Assembly (NCBI GenBank): GCA_964474455.1
Contig: CAYYSU010000007.1
Span: forward strand, 760 to 64,759
DNA length: 64,000 nt
From: an uncultured Bacteroidales bacterium
GTDB taxonomy: Bacteria; Bacteroidota; Bacteroidia; Bacteroidales; BM520
Direction: 5' to 3'
Shown: in pieces, positions 10,782 through 20,885 of the stretch
How positions within the stretch are numbered: position 1 is the first letter of the stretch
How the letters are laid out: every line of letters starts with the position of its first letter
The notes under the pieces: generated by a model
Database searches by the model: none
What the model was told of the DNA's origin: nothing
Seen by the model: only the letters and a program-made list of their open reading frames with translations
Made by a program: the position numbers and the translations under genes

Positions 10782-11803
10782 CCCTGTGCCTGAACAGGAA
10801 CAGATACGTTGTCGTGCGAAACAATATTAACTCCGGCCTCCTTATCAGTAATATGACCAATAACAGTAATCTGCTTAAGGGCTTCAATTTTTGAAAAATC
10901 GTTCTGGCTAATGGTAAAAAGCAACTCATAATCCTCTCCACCATTCATCGCTGCGGTAACAGGATTGATGTTAAACTCCTGTGCCATTAGCGAAGTTGCA
11001 GCATCAATGGGCAATTTTTCTTCATAAAGAGTACATCCTTTATCCGATTTAGTACATATATGAAGTATCTCAGAAGCCACTCCATCAGATACATCTATCA
11101 TTGAAGTAGGATTAATATCATTATCATTCAGAATCTTAACAATATCCAGGCGTGGTTCCGGTTTAAGATGCCTTTCAAGGATGTAATCATGTCCCTCAAG
11201 GTCAGGCTGCATATTCGGGTTTGCTTTCCAGGTCTGTTTTTCACGCTGAAGCAACAAAAGACCCATATAAGAAGCGCCAACATCACCCGAAAGACAAACC
11301 AAATCGCCACGTTGAGCCGTAGAGCGAAGAACATATTTATCTTCCCGGGCATAACCTATTGCGGTGATGGAAATCATAAGCCCTGATTGGCTTGTAGAGG
11401 TATCGCCACCAATAAGATCCACACCATACCGCTTACAACAAAGATTTATGCCGGCATAAATCTCCTCCACGGCTTCAATGGAATATTTCGAGCTCAAAGC
11501 AAAACTCACTGTTATCTGTTCCGGCGTACCCATCATAGAAGCAATATCCGATAGATTTATCGATACAGCCTTATAACCCAAATGTTTAAGTGGTGTATAA
11601 CTAAGATCAAAGTGTATGTCTTCAATAAAAAGATCCGTAGTAACCAACATTTTCTTGCCTTTGCTATTGATAACGGCACAGTCATCGCCAACACCAATTT
11701 CTGTGGAGTCATTAATTAGTTTTATCTCTTTGGTAAGATGATCTATTAGCCCAAACTCACCGAGTTCAGACATATCTGTTTTTGATACTCTTTTTTCAAA
11801 CAT
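10757..11803 (-). CDS. thiL: Thiamine-monophosphate kinase
   Basis: SELGEFGLIDHLTK...GVGDDCAV is the ThiL/AIR-synthase-related N-terminal signature. The ORF is open up to 11842 (TTG). I prefer ATG at 11803 because a TACTTTTG -7 box sits inside the upstream extension. Confidence 0.85.
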   Translation of the reverse strand: MFEKRVSKTDMSELGEFGLIDHLTKEIKLINDSTEIGVGDDCAVINSKGKKMLVTTDLFIEDIHFDLSYTPLKHLGYKAVSINLSDIASMMGTPEQITVSFALSSKYSIEAVEEIYAGINLCCKRYGVDLIGGDTSTSQSGLMISITAIGYAREDKYVLRSTAQRGDLVCLSGDVGASYMGLLLLQREKQTWKANPNMQPDLEGHDYILERHLKPEPRLDIVKILNDNDINPTSMIDVSDGVASEILHICTKSDKGCTLYEEKLPIDAATSLMAQEFNINPVTAAMNGGEDYELLFTISQNDFSKIEALKQITVIGHITDKEAGVNIVSHDNVSVPVQAQGWNHLKKD

Positions 11804-11819
11804 TTCTACAATTTTTTTG

Positions 11820-11827
11820 CAAAAGTA
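11820..11827 (-). promoter_or_regulatory. -7 box TACTTTTG (minus strand) for thiL-uvrC
   Basis: Plus-strand CAAAAGTA at 11820-11827 is TACTTTTG on the minus strand, 16 nt upstream of the ATG at 11803. Confidence 0.4.
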
Positions 11828-11911
11828 CGAAAACCACATCAATCATTTTGAGCTTTACTTTGTTATAGACAATTAACAAAGCATAAAAAGGTTAATGAGG
11901 TCAATATTTTG

Positions 11912-11919
11912 TAAATTTG
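11912..11919 (+). promoter_or_regulatory. -7 box TAAATTTG upstream of sufB
   Basis: Exact TAnnTTTG match 36 nt upstream of the ATG at 11956. Confidence 0.4.
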
Positions 11920-11955
11920 TAACCTTATTTTTAAACGACAACAAAAAATAATATA

Positions 11956-13410
11956 ATGGGTAAAGAAAACCAACAGGATAAGATTCTGCAGGATGTAACG
12001 CAAAACGAATACAAGTACGGTTTTGTTACTGATGTGGAGATGGAGATGGCTCCTGTAGGGCTTACAGATGACACCATTCGGTATATTTCCAATAAGAAGA
12101 ACGAGCCGGATTGGATGTTGGAGTTCCGGTTGAAAGCCTTCCATAAATGGCAAACCATGGAGATGCCTGACTGGGCTCACCTGGACATACCGCCAATTGA
12201 TTATCAAGCCATAAGCTACTATGCTGCTCCTAAAGACATGGCGAAGTACGAAAGCCTCGACGAAGTGGATCCGGAGCTTCTGAAGACCTTCAACAAGCTG
12301 GGTATTTCACTTGAGGAGCAAAAGCGTTTATCAGGTGTCGCTGTCGATGCCGTCTTTGATTCTGTATCAGTAAAAACAACCTTCCAGGACACCCTTGAGA
12401 AGCATGGTATTATCTTCTGTTCCTTCTCGGAAGCAGTGCATAATCATCCTGAGTTGGTGAAAAAATATATGGGATCTGTAGTTCCGTCTCACGACAACTA
12501 TTTTGCTGCCCTAAACTCAGCGGTATTCAGCGATGGCTCTTTCTGTTATATTCCTGAAGGCGTGCGGTGCCCTGTGGAACTTTCCACTTACTTCCGTATC
12601 AACACCGCAGGAACAGGCCAGTTCGAGAGAACATTGATAATCGCTGATGAGAACTCATTCGTGTCTTACATGGAAGGGTGTACTGCACCGCAACGCGATG
12701 AAAATCAGCTTCATGCCGCAATAGTAGAGATCGTGGCAATGAAGGATGCAGAGGTAAAATACAGCACAGTACAGAACTGGTATCCCGGCAATAAAGAAGG
12801 CAAAGGCGGGATATATAACTTCGTCACCAAGCGTGGTATTTGTAAAGGCAACAATGCCAAGATCTCCTGGACTCAGGTAGAGACAGGGTCGGCAAAAACA
12901 TGGAAATATCCCAGTTGTATCCTGCTCGGTGACAACTCGGTGGGAGAATTCTACTCTGTGGCAGTTACCAATAACTACCAGCAGGCTGACACCGGATCAA
13001 AGATGATCCATCTGGGAAGAAATACCAAGAGTACCATCATCTCAAAAGGTATCTCCGCCGGGCATAGCGAAAACAGCTATCGGGGCCTGGTGAAAATGGT
13101 AAAGAAAGCCTCCAACTCAAGAAATTACAGCCAGTGTGACTCCCTTCTGCTGGGTGATAAGTGTGGTGCTCACACTTATCCCTATATAAAAGCTGAAAAC
13201 AAATCTTCCATGATAGAACATGAAGCTACCACCTCAAAAATTTCTGAGGATCAGCTTTTCTACTGTAACCAGAGAGGTATCTCCACGGAAAGTGCCATAG
13301 GACTTATCGTAAATGGCTACGCAAAAGAGGTACTTAAAAAGTTACCCATGGAATTTGCCGTAGAGGCACAAAAATTACTCTCCATAAGCCTTGAAGGCAG
13401 TGTGGGTTAA
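11956..13410 (+). CDS. sufB: Fe-S cluster assembly scaffold protein SufB
   Basis: 484 aa. The NEYKYGF...IRYIS N-terminus and the conserved C-terminal half ([14 protein letters not shown]...YRGLV...[20 protein letters not shown]) are typical of SufB. Confidence 0.95.
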   Translation: MGKENQQDKILQDVTQNEYKYGFVTDVEMEMAPVGLTDDTIRYISNKKNEPDWMLEFRLKAFHKWQTMEMPDWAHLDIPPIDYQAISYYAAPKDMAKYESLDEVDPELLKTFNKLGISLEEQKRLSGVAVDAVFDSVSVKTTFQDTLEKHGIIFCSFSEAVHNHPELVKKYMGSVVPSHDNYFAALNSAVFSDGSFCYIPEGVRCPVELSTYFRINTAGTGQFERTLIIADENSFVSYMEGCTAPQRDENQLHAAIVEIVAMKDAEVKYSTVQNWYPGNKEGKGGIYNFVTKRGICKGNNAKISWTQVETGSAKTWKYPSCILLGDNSVGEFYSVAVTNNYQQADTGSKMIHLGRNTKSTIISKGISAGHSENSYRGLVKMVKKASNSRNYSQCDSLLLGDKCGAHTYPYIKAENKSSMIEHEATTSKISEDQLFYCNQRGISTESAIGLIVNGYAKEVLKKLPMEFAVEAQKLLSISLEGSVG

Positions 13411-13439
13411 TATTTAAAAAACAATAATAATATAATATT

Positions 13440-14186
13440 ATGCTTAGCATTAAAGATCTTAAAGTTTCCATCGATAATAAACAGATTATAAAGGGATTAA
13501 ATCTCCAGGTAAACAAAGGTGAAGTCCATGCGATAATGGGACCCAATGGTACCGGGAAAAGCACCCTAGCAAATGTTATTGCAGGAAAAGACTCTTACAA
13601 TATTGAAACCGGCTCGATAACCTACCAAGGCAAAAATCTTTTTGATATGGAAGTGGATGAGCGTGCCAATGAAGGCATCTTTTTAGGATTCCAGTATCCG
13701 GTAGAGATTCCGGGAGTTAGCATGGTGAATTTTATGCGCACTGCCATAAACGAAAAGCGTGCATATCATGGGCAGGATCCTATGCCCGGGGCTGAATTTC
13801 TTCAAAAAATGGAAGAGAAAAAGAAACTCGTGGAGATTCATGATAAACTGACAAACAGATCTGTTAACGAAGGATTCTCGGGTGGAGAGAAAAAGAAAAA
13901 TGAAATCTTCCAGATGGCTATGCTTGAGCCTTCCCTGGCTATACTAGACGAAACGGACTCAGGATTAGATATTGATGCTCTACGTATTGTGGCCAACGGT
14001 GTTAACAAGCTCCGCAGCGAAGACAACGCATTCATCGTTATTACCCACTATCAACGCCTGCTTGATTATATCGTTCCTGATGTAGTTCATGTTCTTTATG
14101 AAGGAAGCATTGTGAAATCGGGCGGTAAAGAGTTGGCATTGGAGCTGGAACAAAAAGGTTATGAATGGCTAAAGACAGCCTTTTAA
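13440..14186 (+). CDS. sufC: Fe-S cluster assembly ATPase SufC
   Basis: 248 aa. Walker A GPNGTGKST, ABC signature FSGGEKKKNEI, Walker B LAILDETDSGLD. Confidence 0.95.
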   Translation: MLSIKDLKVSIDNKQIIKGLNLQVNKGEVHAIMGPNGTGKSTLANVIAGKDSYNIETGSITYQGKNLFDMEVDERANEGIFLGFQYPVEIPGVSMVNFMRTAINEKRAYHGQDPMPGAEFLQKMEEKKKLVEIHDKLTNRSVNEGFSGGEKKKNEIFQMAMLEPSLAILDETDSGLDIDALRIVANGVNKLRSEDNAFIVITHYQRLLDYIVPDVVHVLYEGSIVKSGGKELALELEQKGYEWLKTAF

Positions 14187-14196
14187 GGAGTACAAC

Positions 14197-15603
14197 ATGC
14201 AATTAAAAGATACAACAATAAAAGATCGCATCTTTCACTACTTTGACAGCCATGTGGATGAGTTGTTCCAAAACGACCCGCCAAAAGTTGCCAAAGTACG
14301 CAAAGATGCAGTGAAAGCGTTCAAGGTACAAGGTATCCCTGACAGAAAACTGGAGTCATGGAAAAACACTAATATCTCCACCATTCTTGATCAGGAGTTC
14401 CATTGCAGCCCGGAACCGAAATCCAAAAAGGTTAATGTAGCATCATTTTTCAAATGCAATATGCACAACCTCGACACGTTGATGGTCACAACCCTTAACG
14501 GGTATTATGTATATCATAAAGATCCTATGCGTGTGCTCGACAACGGTGTCATTATAGGTAGTTTTGAAGAAGCTAAAATCCGTTACCCTGAAATCATAGA
14601 GCAATATTTCGGATCAGCAGCATCCAACGATATCGACGGAATGATATCTATGAATACAGCACTGGCAAGAGATGGTGTTTTCATTTATGTTCCCGACAAT
14701 GTGGTGATGGAAGAGGCAATACAGATCGTAAACCTCAATAACAGCGACGAACGTTTGCTCTCAAATATCCGAAACCTGGTGGTAACAGGTGAGAACAGTA
14801 AGCTTACCATAGTTCATTGTGATGACTCCTACTCTACACAGGCTGCATTTTGTAATACTGTAAGTGAGATTATTGTTGGCCAGAATGCCTCGGTAGAACA
14901 CTACAAGCTGCAAAACCTCAATAACAATACCTCACTTGTTAATCAGGCCTTTTTCGTACAGAAAGCAAATAGCAAGGTTATCAACAACAGCATAACTCTA
15001 AACGGCGGATTGGTTCGCAACTATACAAATGCAGCACTTACAGAGCCGGGATGTGAATGCGACGTTATGGGTCTATACCTGGTAGACAAAACACAACATG
15101 TTGATAACCAAGTATTAATCAACCACGACGCACCTAATTGCTATAGTAACGAGTTATTCAAAGGACTTATCGACGATCGGGCAAAGGCCGTTTTCAATGG
15201 TCATATAGTTGTAAAAAAGGATGCCCAACAGACATTAGCATTTCAGAAAAACAGAAACCTATTACTATCAGACAAGGCACGTGCTATTTCCAAGCCATTT
15301 CTGGAAATCTATGCCGATGATGTGAAGTGTAGCCATGGCGCCACTGTAGGTCAACTGGATAATGAATCACTGTTCTATCTGCGCGCAAGAGGTATTGGTG
15401 AGGCAAATGCCAGAATGCTACTTCAATATGCATTTGCTGCAGAGGTAATAAACGAAATAAAAATCGATGAGCTTAGAAATCAGATAGACGATATGGTCAA
15501 AAAACGCCTTCATGGAGAGCTGGATATCTGCGAGACATGCGTTCTGCACTGCAAAACAAAAGAGAGGCAGTTGGAGTTCCCCATCGATGTAAGTAAAATA
15601 TAA
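14197..15603 (+). CDS. sufD: Fe-S cluster assembly protein SufD
   Basis: 468 aa, positioned between sufC and sufS. SufB/D family C-terminal region (NRNLLLSDKARAISKPFLEIYADDVKCSHGATVGQLDNESLFYLRARGI). Confidence 0.9.
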   Translation: MQLKDTTIKDRIFHYFDSHVDELFQNDPPKVAKVRKDAVKAFKVQGIPDRKLESWKNTNISTILDQEFHCSPEPKSKKVNVASFFKCNMHNLDTLMVTTLNGYYVYHKDPMRVLDNGVIIGSFEEAKIRYPEIIEQYFGSAASNDIDGMISMNTALARDGVFIYVPDNVVMEEAIQIVNLNNSDERLLSNIRNLVVTGENSKLTIVHCDDSYSTQAAFCNTVSEIIVGQNASVEHYKLQNLNNNTSLVNQAFFVQKANSKVINNSITLNGGLVRNYTNAALTEPGCECDVMGLYLVDKTQHVDNQVLINHDAPNCYSNELFKGLIDDRAKAVFNGHIVVKKDAQQTLAFQKNRNLLLSDKARAISKPFLEIYADDVKCSHGATVGQLDNESLFYLRARGIGEANARMLLQYAFAAEVINEIKIDELRNQIDDMVKKRLHGELDICETCVLHCKTKERQLEFPIDVSKI

Positions 15604-15615
15604 AAAATATATACT

Positions 15616-16830
15616 TTGGATCTTCAGGAAATACGTTCGCAATTCCCCATTCTTAAACGCACGGTTTACAACAAACCGCTGGTATATCTTGATAATGCTG
15701 CTACGAACCAAAAGCCGGAGCGTGTAATTAAGGCTCTCGAAAATTACTATAACACTCAAAACAGTAATATTCACCGCGGCGTGCATCACCTGAGTCAAGA
15801 AGCTACAGCAGCTTACGAAGAGGTACGCTCCCGGGTGCAGCAGTTTATTAATGCCGGAAACACGCATGAGATAATCTTCACCAAAGGCACCACAGAAGCC
15901 ATAAACCTGGTTGCCCGCAGTTTCTGCAAACGATATGTCTCAAAAGGCGACGAAATAGTTGTTTCAGCAATGGAGCACCACAGCAACATTGTGCCATGGC
16001 AAATGGCATGTGAAGAACAGGGCGCAAAATTAAAAGTGATACCCATGAACCTCAATGGTGAACTTATTATTGAGATGTTGCCTTATCTTCTTACAAAAAA
16101 AGTAAAACTGATCGCTGTGGCACATGTTTCCAATGCTCTGGGAACCATCAACCCCATAGAAAAAATCATTGAGAAAGCTCATGAGATGAATATCCCCGTG
16201 CTTATCGATGGCGCCCAGGCTGTAGCACATCTGGATGTGGATGTTCAGAAACTGGATTGTGATTTCTATTGCTTTTCAGGTCATAAAATGTACGGCCCCA
16301 TGGGCGTTGGGGTATTATACGGCAAGGAAGAGTACCTCAACGAGATGCCTCCCTACCAGGGAGGTGGCGAGATGATTAATGAGGTGACATTTGAAAAGAC
16401 AACATTCAATGAATTACCGTTTAAATTTGAAGCCGGGACTCCCAATGTGGCAGATGTAATTGGCCTTGGTGAGGCTATGAGTTTTATTCAGGATACAGGC
16501 ATTGAAAATATAGCACAAGCGGGAGAAGAATTGGTGAAATATTGTGAAAATAAACTGCTGGAAGAGGGTGGGATAACACTTGTGGGAACGGCAGAAAAAA
16601 AAGCCGGGGTAGTATCGTTTCTCATTGATAATGTGCACCCTTACGATGCCGGGACTATCATCGACAGGCTTGGTGTTGCTGTAAGAACAGGACACCATTG
16701 TGCGCAGCCGGTGATGGATTTCTTTAAGATCCCGGGCACAATAAGAGCATCTTTCTCCGTTTATAATAACAAAGAAGAAATAGACACACTTATTAAGGCC
16801 ATCCAACAGGTGAAGGCCATGTTTTGTTAG
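15616..16830 (+). CDS. sufS: Cysteine desulfurase SufS (class V aminotransferase)
   Basis: 404 aa with a TTG start. YLDNAATNQKP, PLP-lysine context FSGHKMYGPMGVGVLYG, active-site loop RTGHHCAQP. Confidence 0.92.
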   Translation: MDLQEIRSQFPILKRTVYNKPLVYLDNAATNQKPERVIKALENYYNTQNSNIHRGVHHLSQEATAAYEEVRSRVQQFINAGNTHEIIFTKGTTEAINLVARSFCKRYVSKGDEIVVSAMEHHSNIVPWQMACEEQGAKLKVIPMNLNGELIIEMLPYLLTKKVKLIAVAHVSNALGTINPIEKIIEKAHEMNIPVLIDGAQAVAHLDVDVQKLDCDFYCFSGHKMYGPMGVGVLYGKEEYLNEMPPYQGGGEMINEVTFEKTTFNELPFKFEAGTPNVADVIGLGEAMSFIQDTGIENIAQAGEELVKYCENKLLEEGGITLVGTAEKKAGVVSFLIDNVHPYDAGTIIDRLGVAVRTGHHCAQPVMDFFKIPGTIRASFSVYNNKEEIDTLIKAIQQVKAMFC

Positions 16831-16838
16831 GTGACATT

Positions 16839-17255
16839 ATGATACAGGAAAAAGCAAATCAATTAATCGCTGAGTTTAGCATGTTCGATGACTGGATGGA
16901 TAAGTATAATTATCTTATTGAGATGGGAAAGACTCTCCCTTCCATGGAAGAGGAGCATAAAACCGACGATAATATTATTAAAGGGTGCCAATCGAGGGTA
17001 TGGTTGCATGCCGATTTTGATGATAACAAGATAACATTTACCGGAGACAGTGATGCCATTATCACAAAAGGTATTGCAGCACTTCTTCTGAGGATCTTTA
17101 ATAATGAAACGCCGCAGAATATCACCACGGCGGAGCTTGGATGGGTTGATGAGTTGGGATTGAAAGAGCACCTCTCTCCCACCCGTTCCAACGGTCTCCT
17201 ATCCATGATAAAGCAGATACGTTTTTACGCACTGGCCTTTCAGGCTAAATCATGA
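16839..17255 (+). CDS. sufE: Cysteine desulfuration (sulfur acceptor) protein SufE
   Basis: MIQEKANQLIAEFSMFDDWMDKYNYLIEMGK...IIKGCQSRVWL is the SufE signature with its conserved Cys. The ORF is open from TTG at 16824. The ATG at 16839 follows the sufS stop by 8 nt. Confidence 0.85.
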   Translation: MIQEKANQLIAEFSMFDDWMDKYNYLIEMGKTLPSMEEEHKTDDNIIKGCQSRVWLHADFDDNKITFTGDSDAIITKGIAALLLRIFNNETPQNITTAELGWVDELGLKEHLSPTRSNGLLSMIKQIRFYALAFQAKS

Positions 17256-17259
17256 TATC

Positions 17260-17574
17260 ATGAAAGATAAAGAAGCACTAAAAAATGAAGTAATAAGAAA
17301 CCTGAAAATAATCTATGACCCGGAGATTCCGGTAAACATTTATGATTTGGGTTTGATATATAATATTGATATTGATAATGATGGTAATGTCGCTATTTTG
17401 ATGACACTTACCACTCCCAACTGCCCTGTGGCGGAGTCCATGCCTCAGGAGGTTCATGATATGATTGCACAGATAGAGGGAGTTGAGACGGTCGGTATCG
17501 AGCTTACTTTTGAGCCGGCATGGGATCCTGAGGGCATCTCTGATGAAGCTAAACTAGCGCTGGGAATGTTATAA
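17260..17574 (+). CDS. DUF59/SufT-like Fe-S cluster assembly factor
   Basis: 104 aa. IYDPEIPVNIYDLGLIY...TLTTPNCPVAE is the DUF59 (MIP18) motif. It lies directly after sufE. Confidence 0.8.
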   Translation: MKDKEALKNEVIRNLKIIYDPEIPVNIYDLGLIYNIDIDNDGNVAILMTLTTPNCPVAESMPQEVHDMIAQIEGVETVGIELTFEPAWDPEGISDEAKLALGML

Positions 17575-17584
17575 AAATATATTT

Positions 17585-19480
17585 ATGGTACCCCGAAAAG
17601 GAACAATATTAAGTGAAATAGAATCACCTTCGGATATCCGTAAGGTGCCAATGGAGAAGCTACCACAGCTATGCCGGGAGGTACGTGAGTTTATCATTGA
17701 TATCATCTCTGAAAACCCCGGCCATCTGGGTGCAAGCCTGGGAGTGGTAGAGCTTACCATAGCACTGCATTATGTCTTCGATACGCCATCGGATTTACTG
17801 GTTTGGGACGTAGGGCATCAGGCATATGCCCATAAGATTCTCACCGGGCGTAAAAACTCCTTCCATTCCAACAGAACATACAGAGGCATCAGTGGTTTCC
17901 CCAAACGATCAGAGAGCGAATACGACACATTCGGAACAGGACACTCGTCAACAGCGATATCAGCGGCGCTGGGAATGGCCATGGCTAGCAAAATTGCCGG
18001 TGACACAAAAAAACAGCATGTTGCAGTGGTAGGTGACGCATCTATTGTTAACGGACTATCCATGGAAGGAATGAATAATGCAGGAGTCTCGGGAACAAAC
18101 CTTCTGATTATCCTTAACGACAATAATATCGCCATCGATCAAAGCGTTGGGGCTATTAAAGAGTATTTCACCGATATCCGCACATCCAAAACATATAACA
18201 AAATACGGAATTCCATTTGGCATCTACTGGGAGGAAATGGTAAATACGGAAAAAATGGGCGTAATGTGGTTAGGCAGATAAAAAACTCTGTGCGTAACAC
18301 CATCTTCGACAAGGGCAATCTCTTTGAATCATTAAAGATAAGATACTTCGGTCCTGTGGACGGGCATGATATCACACACCTCATAAAGTTGCTAGAGGAG
18401 CTGAAATCCATTCCCGGGCCCAAAATCCTGCACACTCTAACCATAAAAGGTAAAGGATTTCAGGCAGCTGAAAAAAATCAAACCGTATTCCATGCTCCCG
18501 GTCCTTTTGACAAGAGAACAGGGGAACAGAAGAGTACTGTTTGCGGAAAAATGCCGCCAAAATACCAAATTGTTTTTGGTAGAACAATCGTTGAGCTGGC
18601 AGAGAAAAACAAGAAAATTGTAGGTATCACACCTGCCATGCCAACAGGGTGCTCCATGAACCTTATGATGGAGAAAATGCCGGAACGCAGTTTTGACGTA
18701 GGCATAGCTGAAGAGCACGCTGTTACCTTCGCTGCAGGACTGGCGACACAGGGATATATTCCCTTTTGTAACATCTACTCCACATTTATGCAACGTGCAT
18801 ACGACGAAGTGATCCATGATGTAGCACTGCAAAAATTGCATGTGATATTCTGCCTCGATAGAGGCGGACTTGTGGGTGAAGATGGCCCTACGCATCATGG
18901 TGTTTTCGATCTGGCGTACTTCAGGGTAATCCCCAATATTATCGTCTCCGCTCCGATGGATGAAATTGAGTTGCGGAACATGATGTACACGGCACAGAAA
19001 AAAAATCACGGCCCTTTCTCCATCCGTTACCCACGAGGAAGAGGAGTGAACACAGATTGGAGAAAACCCTTCGAAGAGATTGCTATTGGAAAAGGGCGTA
19101 AACTCTCTACAGGAAAAAATATTGCATTAGTTACAATCGGACATCCCGGAAACTTTGCTAAAAATGCCATCGAGCGCCTGAATAAAGAGGATATCTCTAT
19201 TTCCCATTATGATATGAGATTCCTTAAACCCCTTGATACGGAGCTACTGCATGAGGTTTGCAAAAATCATAAGAAGATTATTACCGTGGAAGACGGCACA
19301 ATCATTGGCGGCCTGGGCTCTGCTGTTCAGGAGTTTGCCAACGACCACAAGTACTACACTGAGGTCATCAAATTAGGTACTCCTGACAGATTTATCGATC
19401 ATGGCTCATTGGAGGAGTTGTATGAAGAGTGCGGGTTTGATGAAGATGCTATTTATAGTACTACTAAAAATCTCTCATAG
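17585..19480 (+). CDS. dxs: 1-deoxy-D-xylulose-5-phosphate synthase
   Basis: 631 aa. GHLGASLGVVELTIALHYVF...WDVGHQAYAHKILTGR, the ThDP motif GDASI...NGLSMEGMNNAG...ILNDN, and transketolase-like middle and C-terminal domains. Confidence 0.95.
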   Translation: MVPRKGTILSEIESPSDIRKVPMEKLPQLCREVREFIIDIISENPGHLGASLGVVELTIALHYVFDTPSDLLVWDVGHQAYAHKILTGRKNSFHSNRTYRGISGFPKRSESEYDTFGTGHSSTAISAALGMAMASKIAGDTKKQHVAVVGDASIVNGLSMEGMNNAGVSGTNLLIILNDNNIAIDQSVGAIKEYFTDIRTSKTYNKIRNSIWHLLGGNGKYGKNGRNVVRQIKNSVRNTIFDKGNLFESLKIRYFGPVDGHDITHLIKLLEELKSIPGPKILHTLTIKGKGFQAAEKNQTVFHAPGPFDKRTGEQKSTVCGKMPPKYQIVFGRTIVELAEKNKKIVGITPAMPTGCSMNLMMEKMPERSFDVGIAEEHAVTFAAGLATQGYIPFCNIYSTFMQRAYDEVIHDVALQKLHVIFCLDRGGLVGEDGPTHHGVFDLAYFRVIPNIIVSAPMDEIELRNMMYTAQKKNHGPFSIRYPRGRGVNTDWRKPFEEIAIGKGRKLSTGKNIALVTIGHPGNFAKNAIERLNKEDISISHYDMRFLKPLDTELLHEVCKNHKKIITVEDGTIIGGLGSAVQEFANDHKYYTEVIKLGTPDRFIDHGSLEELYEECGFDEDAIYSTTKNLS

Positions 19481-19680
19481 CATAACACCCGAAGTGCGAT
19501 ATACCCATGCAACAAAATCTATTAAATTAATAGTAAGTGACCATCCCTAAATATGGTTTACTGCTCATAAATATTTTTCATATTTAAAAATTACATGGTA
19601 ATGTAAAGATATGAAATAAGGATTTCACGGTAAAGTTTTATATTTTTACGGGCATACGTAGTTTCATCAAAAACCTGACT

Positions 19681-20820
19681 ATGAAAAAACGCGCCTTAAA
19701 AATTACGCTCCTCATAATTACCACCCTGGCTGTTGCGTATTTTTGCTTACCTCAGTATGCTCAAAAAGCCCTGATTTACTGGCATGTGGGCATCGACGAT
19801 TATCCGATATTCGATAATCGTATCGTAGAGGCTAAAGACCCATCAGCCTGGAGTCACCACACCGAATACAACACTTTGCAAATCCCTTCCGAATTACTTG
19901 ACTCGGTGTTGAACAATAAGCCTATCGCATTCACAATTATTAAGGACTCCATGCTTCTGCATGAAGAGTATTGGGATGGATATAGTGAAGAGAGCCTGAC
20001 AAATCCTTTCTCAGCAAGTAAAAGCATTGTGGGCATTCTTACTGGTATTGCCATTGACAAGGGCTTTATAGGCAGCGTCAACGACAAGGTTGTGGATTAT
20101 CTTCCCGATTTTAATCATAATGGTAATGATGCCATGACCATAAAAGACGTACTTGAGATGTCCAGTGGCTCTGGCTGGAAGGAGGAATACTCCGGGCTGT
20201 TTACACCTACCACCGCAGCGTATTATGGAAAGGATCTCGAAAAACTCATGATGAAACAGACAACGGAGATTGAACCGGGAAAGGTCTTTCGTTATCAAAG
20301 TGGTAACACTCAGCTTCTGGCACTAATAATAAGTAAAAGTAGCGGCATGACCCTCAGCGAGTTTGCATCGGAATATCTCTGGACACCCATTCAGGCAGAA
20401 AGAGATGCACTCTGGTGCCTGGATCATAAAGATGGGATAGAAAAGGCCTACTGCTGTTTCAACACCAATGCCACAGACCTTGCCCGGCTAGGTCAGTTGG
20501 TATTGAATAACGGAGTATGGGACGGCAAGCAGGTTGTTTCACAGGAATGGCTTCGCAAGTCCCTGGCACCGGCATCACATATTGTTGACAAGAATGGAAA
20601 AGCTGTTGACTTTTACGGCTACCAGTGGTGGATGTTAAACCACCGGGGTCATGATATAAAATATGCCAGAGGTATCCTCGGGCAATATGTTTTTGTCATC
20701 CCCGACATAAATGTTGTGGTCGTAAGGATGGGACATATTCGCAGTAATACATATATGGGCCACCATCCCGACGACGTATACCTCTACATCGATATTGCCC
20801 TTGATATGCTTGGGGAATAG
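19681..20820 (+). CDS. Serine hydrolase, beta-lactamase/PBP4* family
   Basis: 379 aa. N-terminal hydrophobic anchor and SxxK motif (FSASKSIVGILTGIAIDKG). Substrate cannot be determined from sequence. Confidence 0.75.
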   Translation: MKKRALKITLLIITTLAVAYFCLPQYAQKALIYWHVGIDDYPIFDNRIVEAKDPSAWSHHTEYNTLQIPSELLDSVLNNKPIAFTIIKDSMLLHEEYWDGYSEESLTNPFSASKSIVGILTGIAIDKGFIGSVNDKVVDYLPDFNHNGNDAMTIKDVLEMSSGSGWKEEYSGLFTPTTAAYYGKDLEKLMMKQTTEIEPGKVFRYQSGNTQLLALIISKSSGMTLSEFASEYLWTPIQAERDALWCLDHKDGIEKAYCCFNTNATDLARLGQLVLNNGVWDGKQVVSQEWLRKSLAPASHIVDKNGKAVDFYGYQWWMLNHRGHDIKYARGILGQYVFVIPDINVVVVRMGHIRSNTYMGHHPDDVYLYIDIALDMLGE

Positions 20821-20833
20821 CGCCTATTGATAC

Positions 20834-20867
20834 AGTGTAGCGTTGTTGCGTACAACAACGCTACACT
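20834..20867 (+). terminator. Perfect 15-bp hairpin after the serine hydrolase gene
   Basis: AGTGTAGCGTTGTTG (20834-20848), loop CGTA, CAACAACGCTACACT (20853-20867). There is no immediately adjacent T tract, so terminator function is uncertain. Confidence 0.45.
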
Positions 20868-20885
20868 ACCCCAATTTGATGTTTT

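Noticed and set aside
18437-19009. 190-aa minus-strand ORF inside dxs, and a similar 233-aa ORF at 21839-22540 inside the NhaC gene.
   Set aside because: Both are fully embedded antisense to strongly supported genes and show no motifs.
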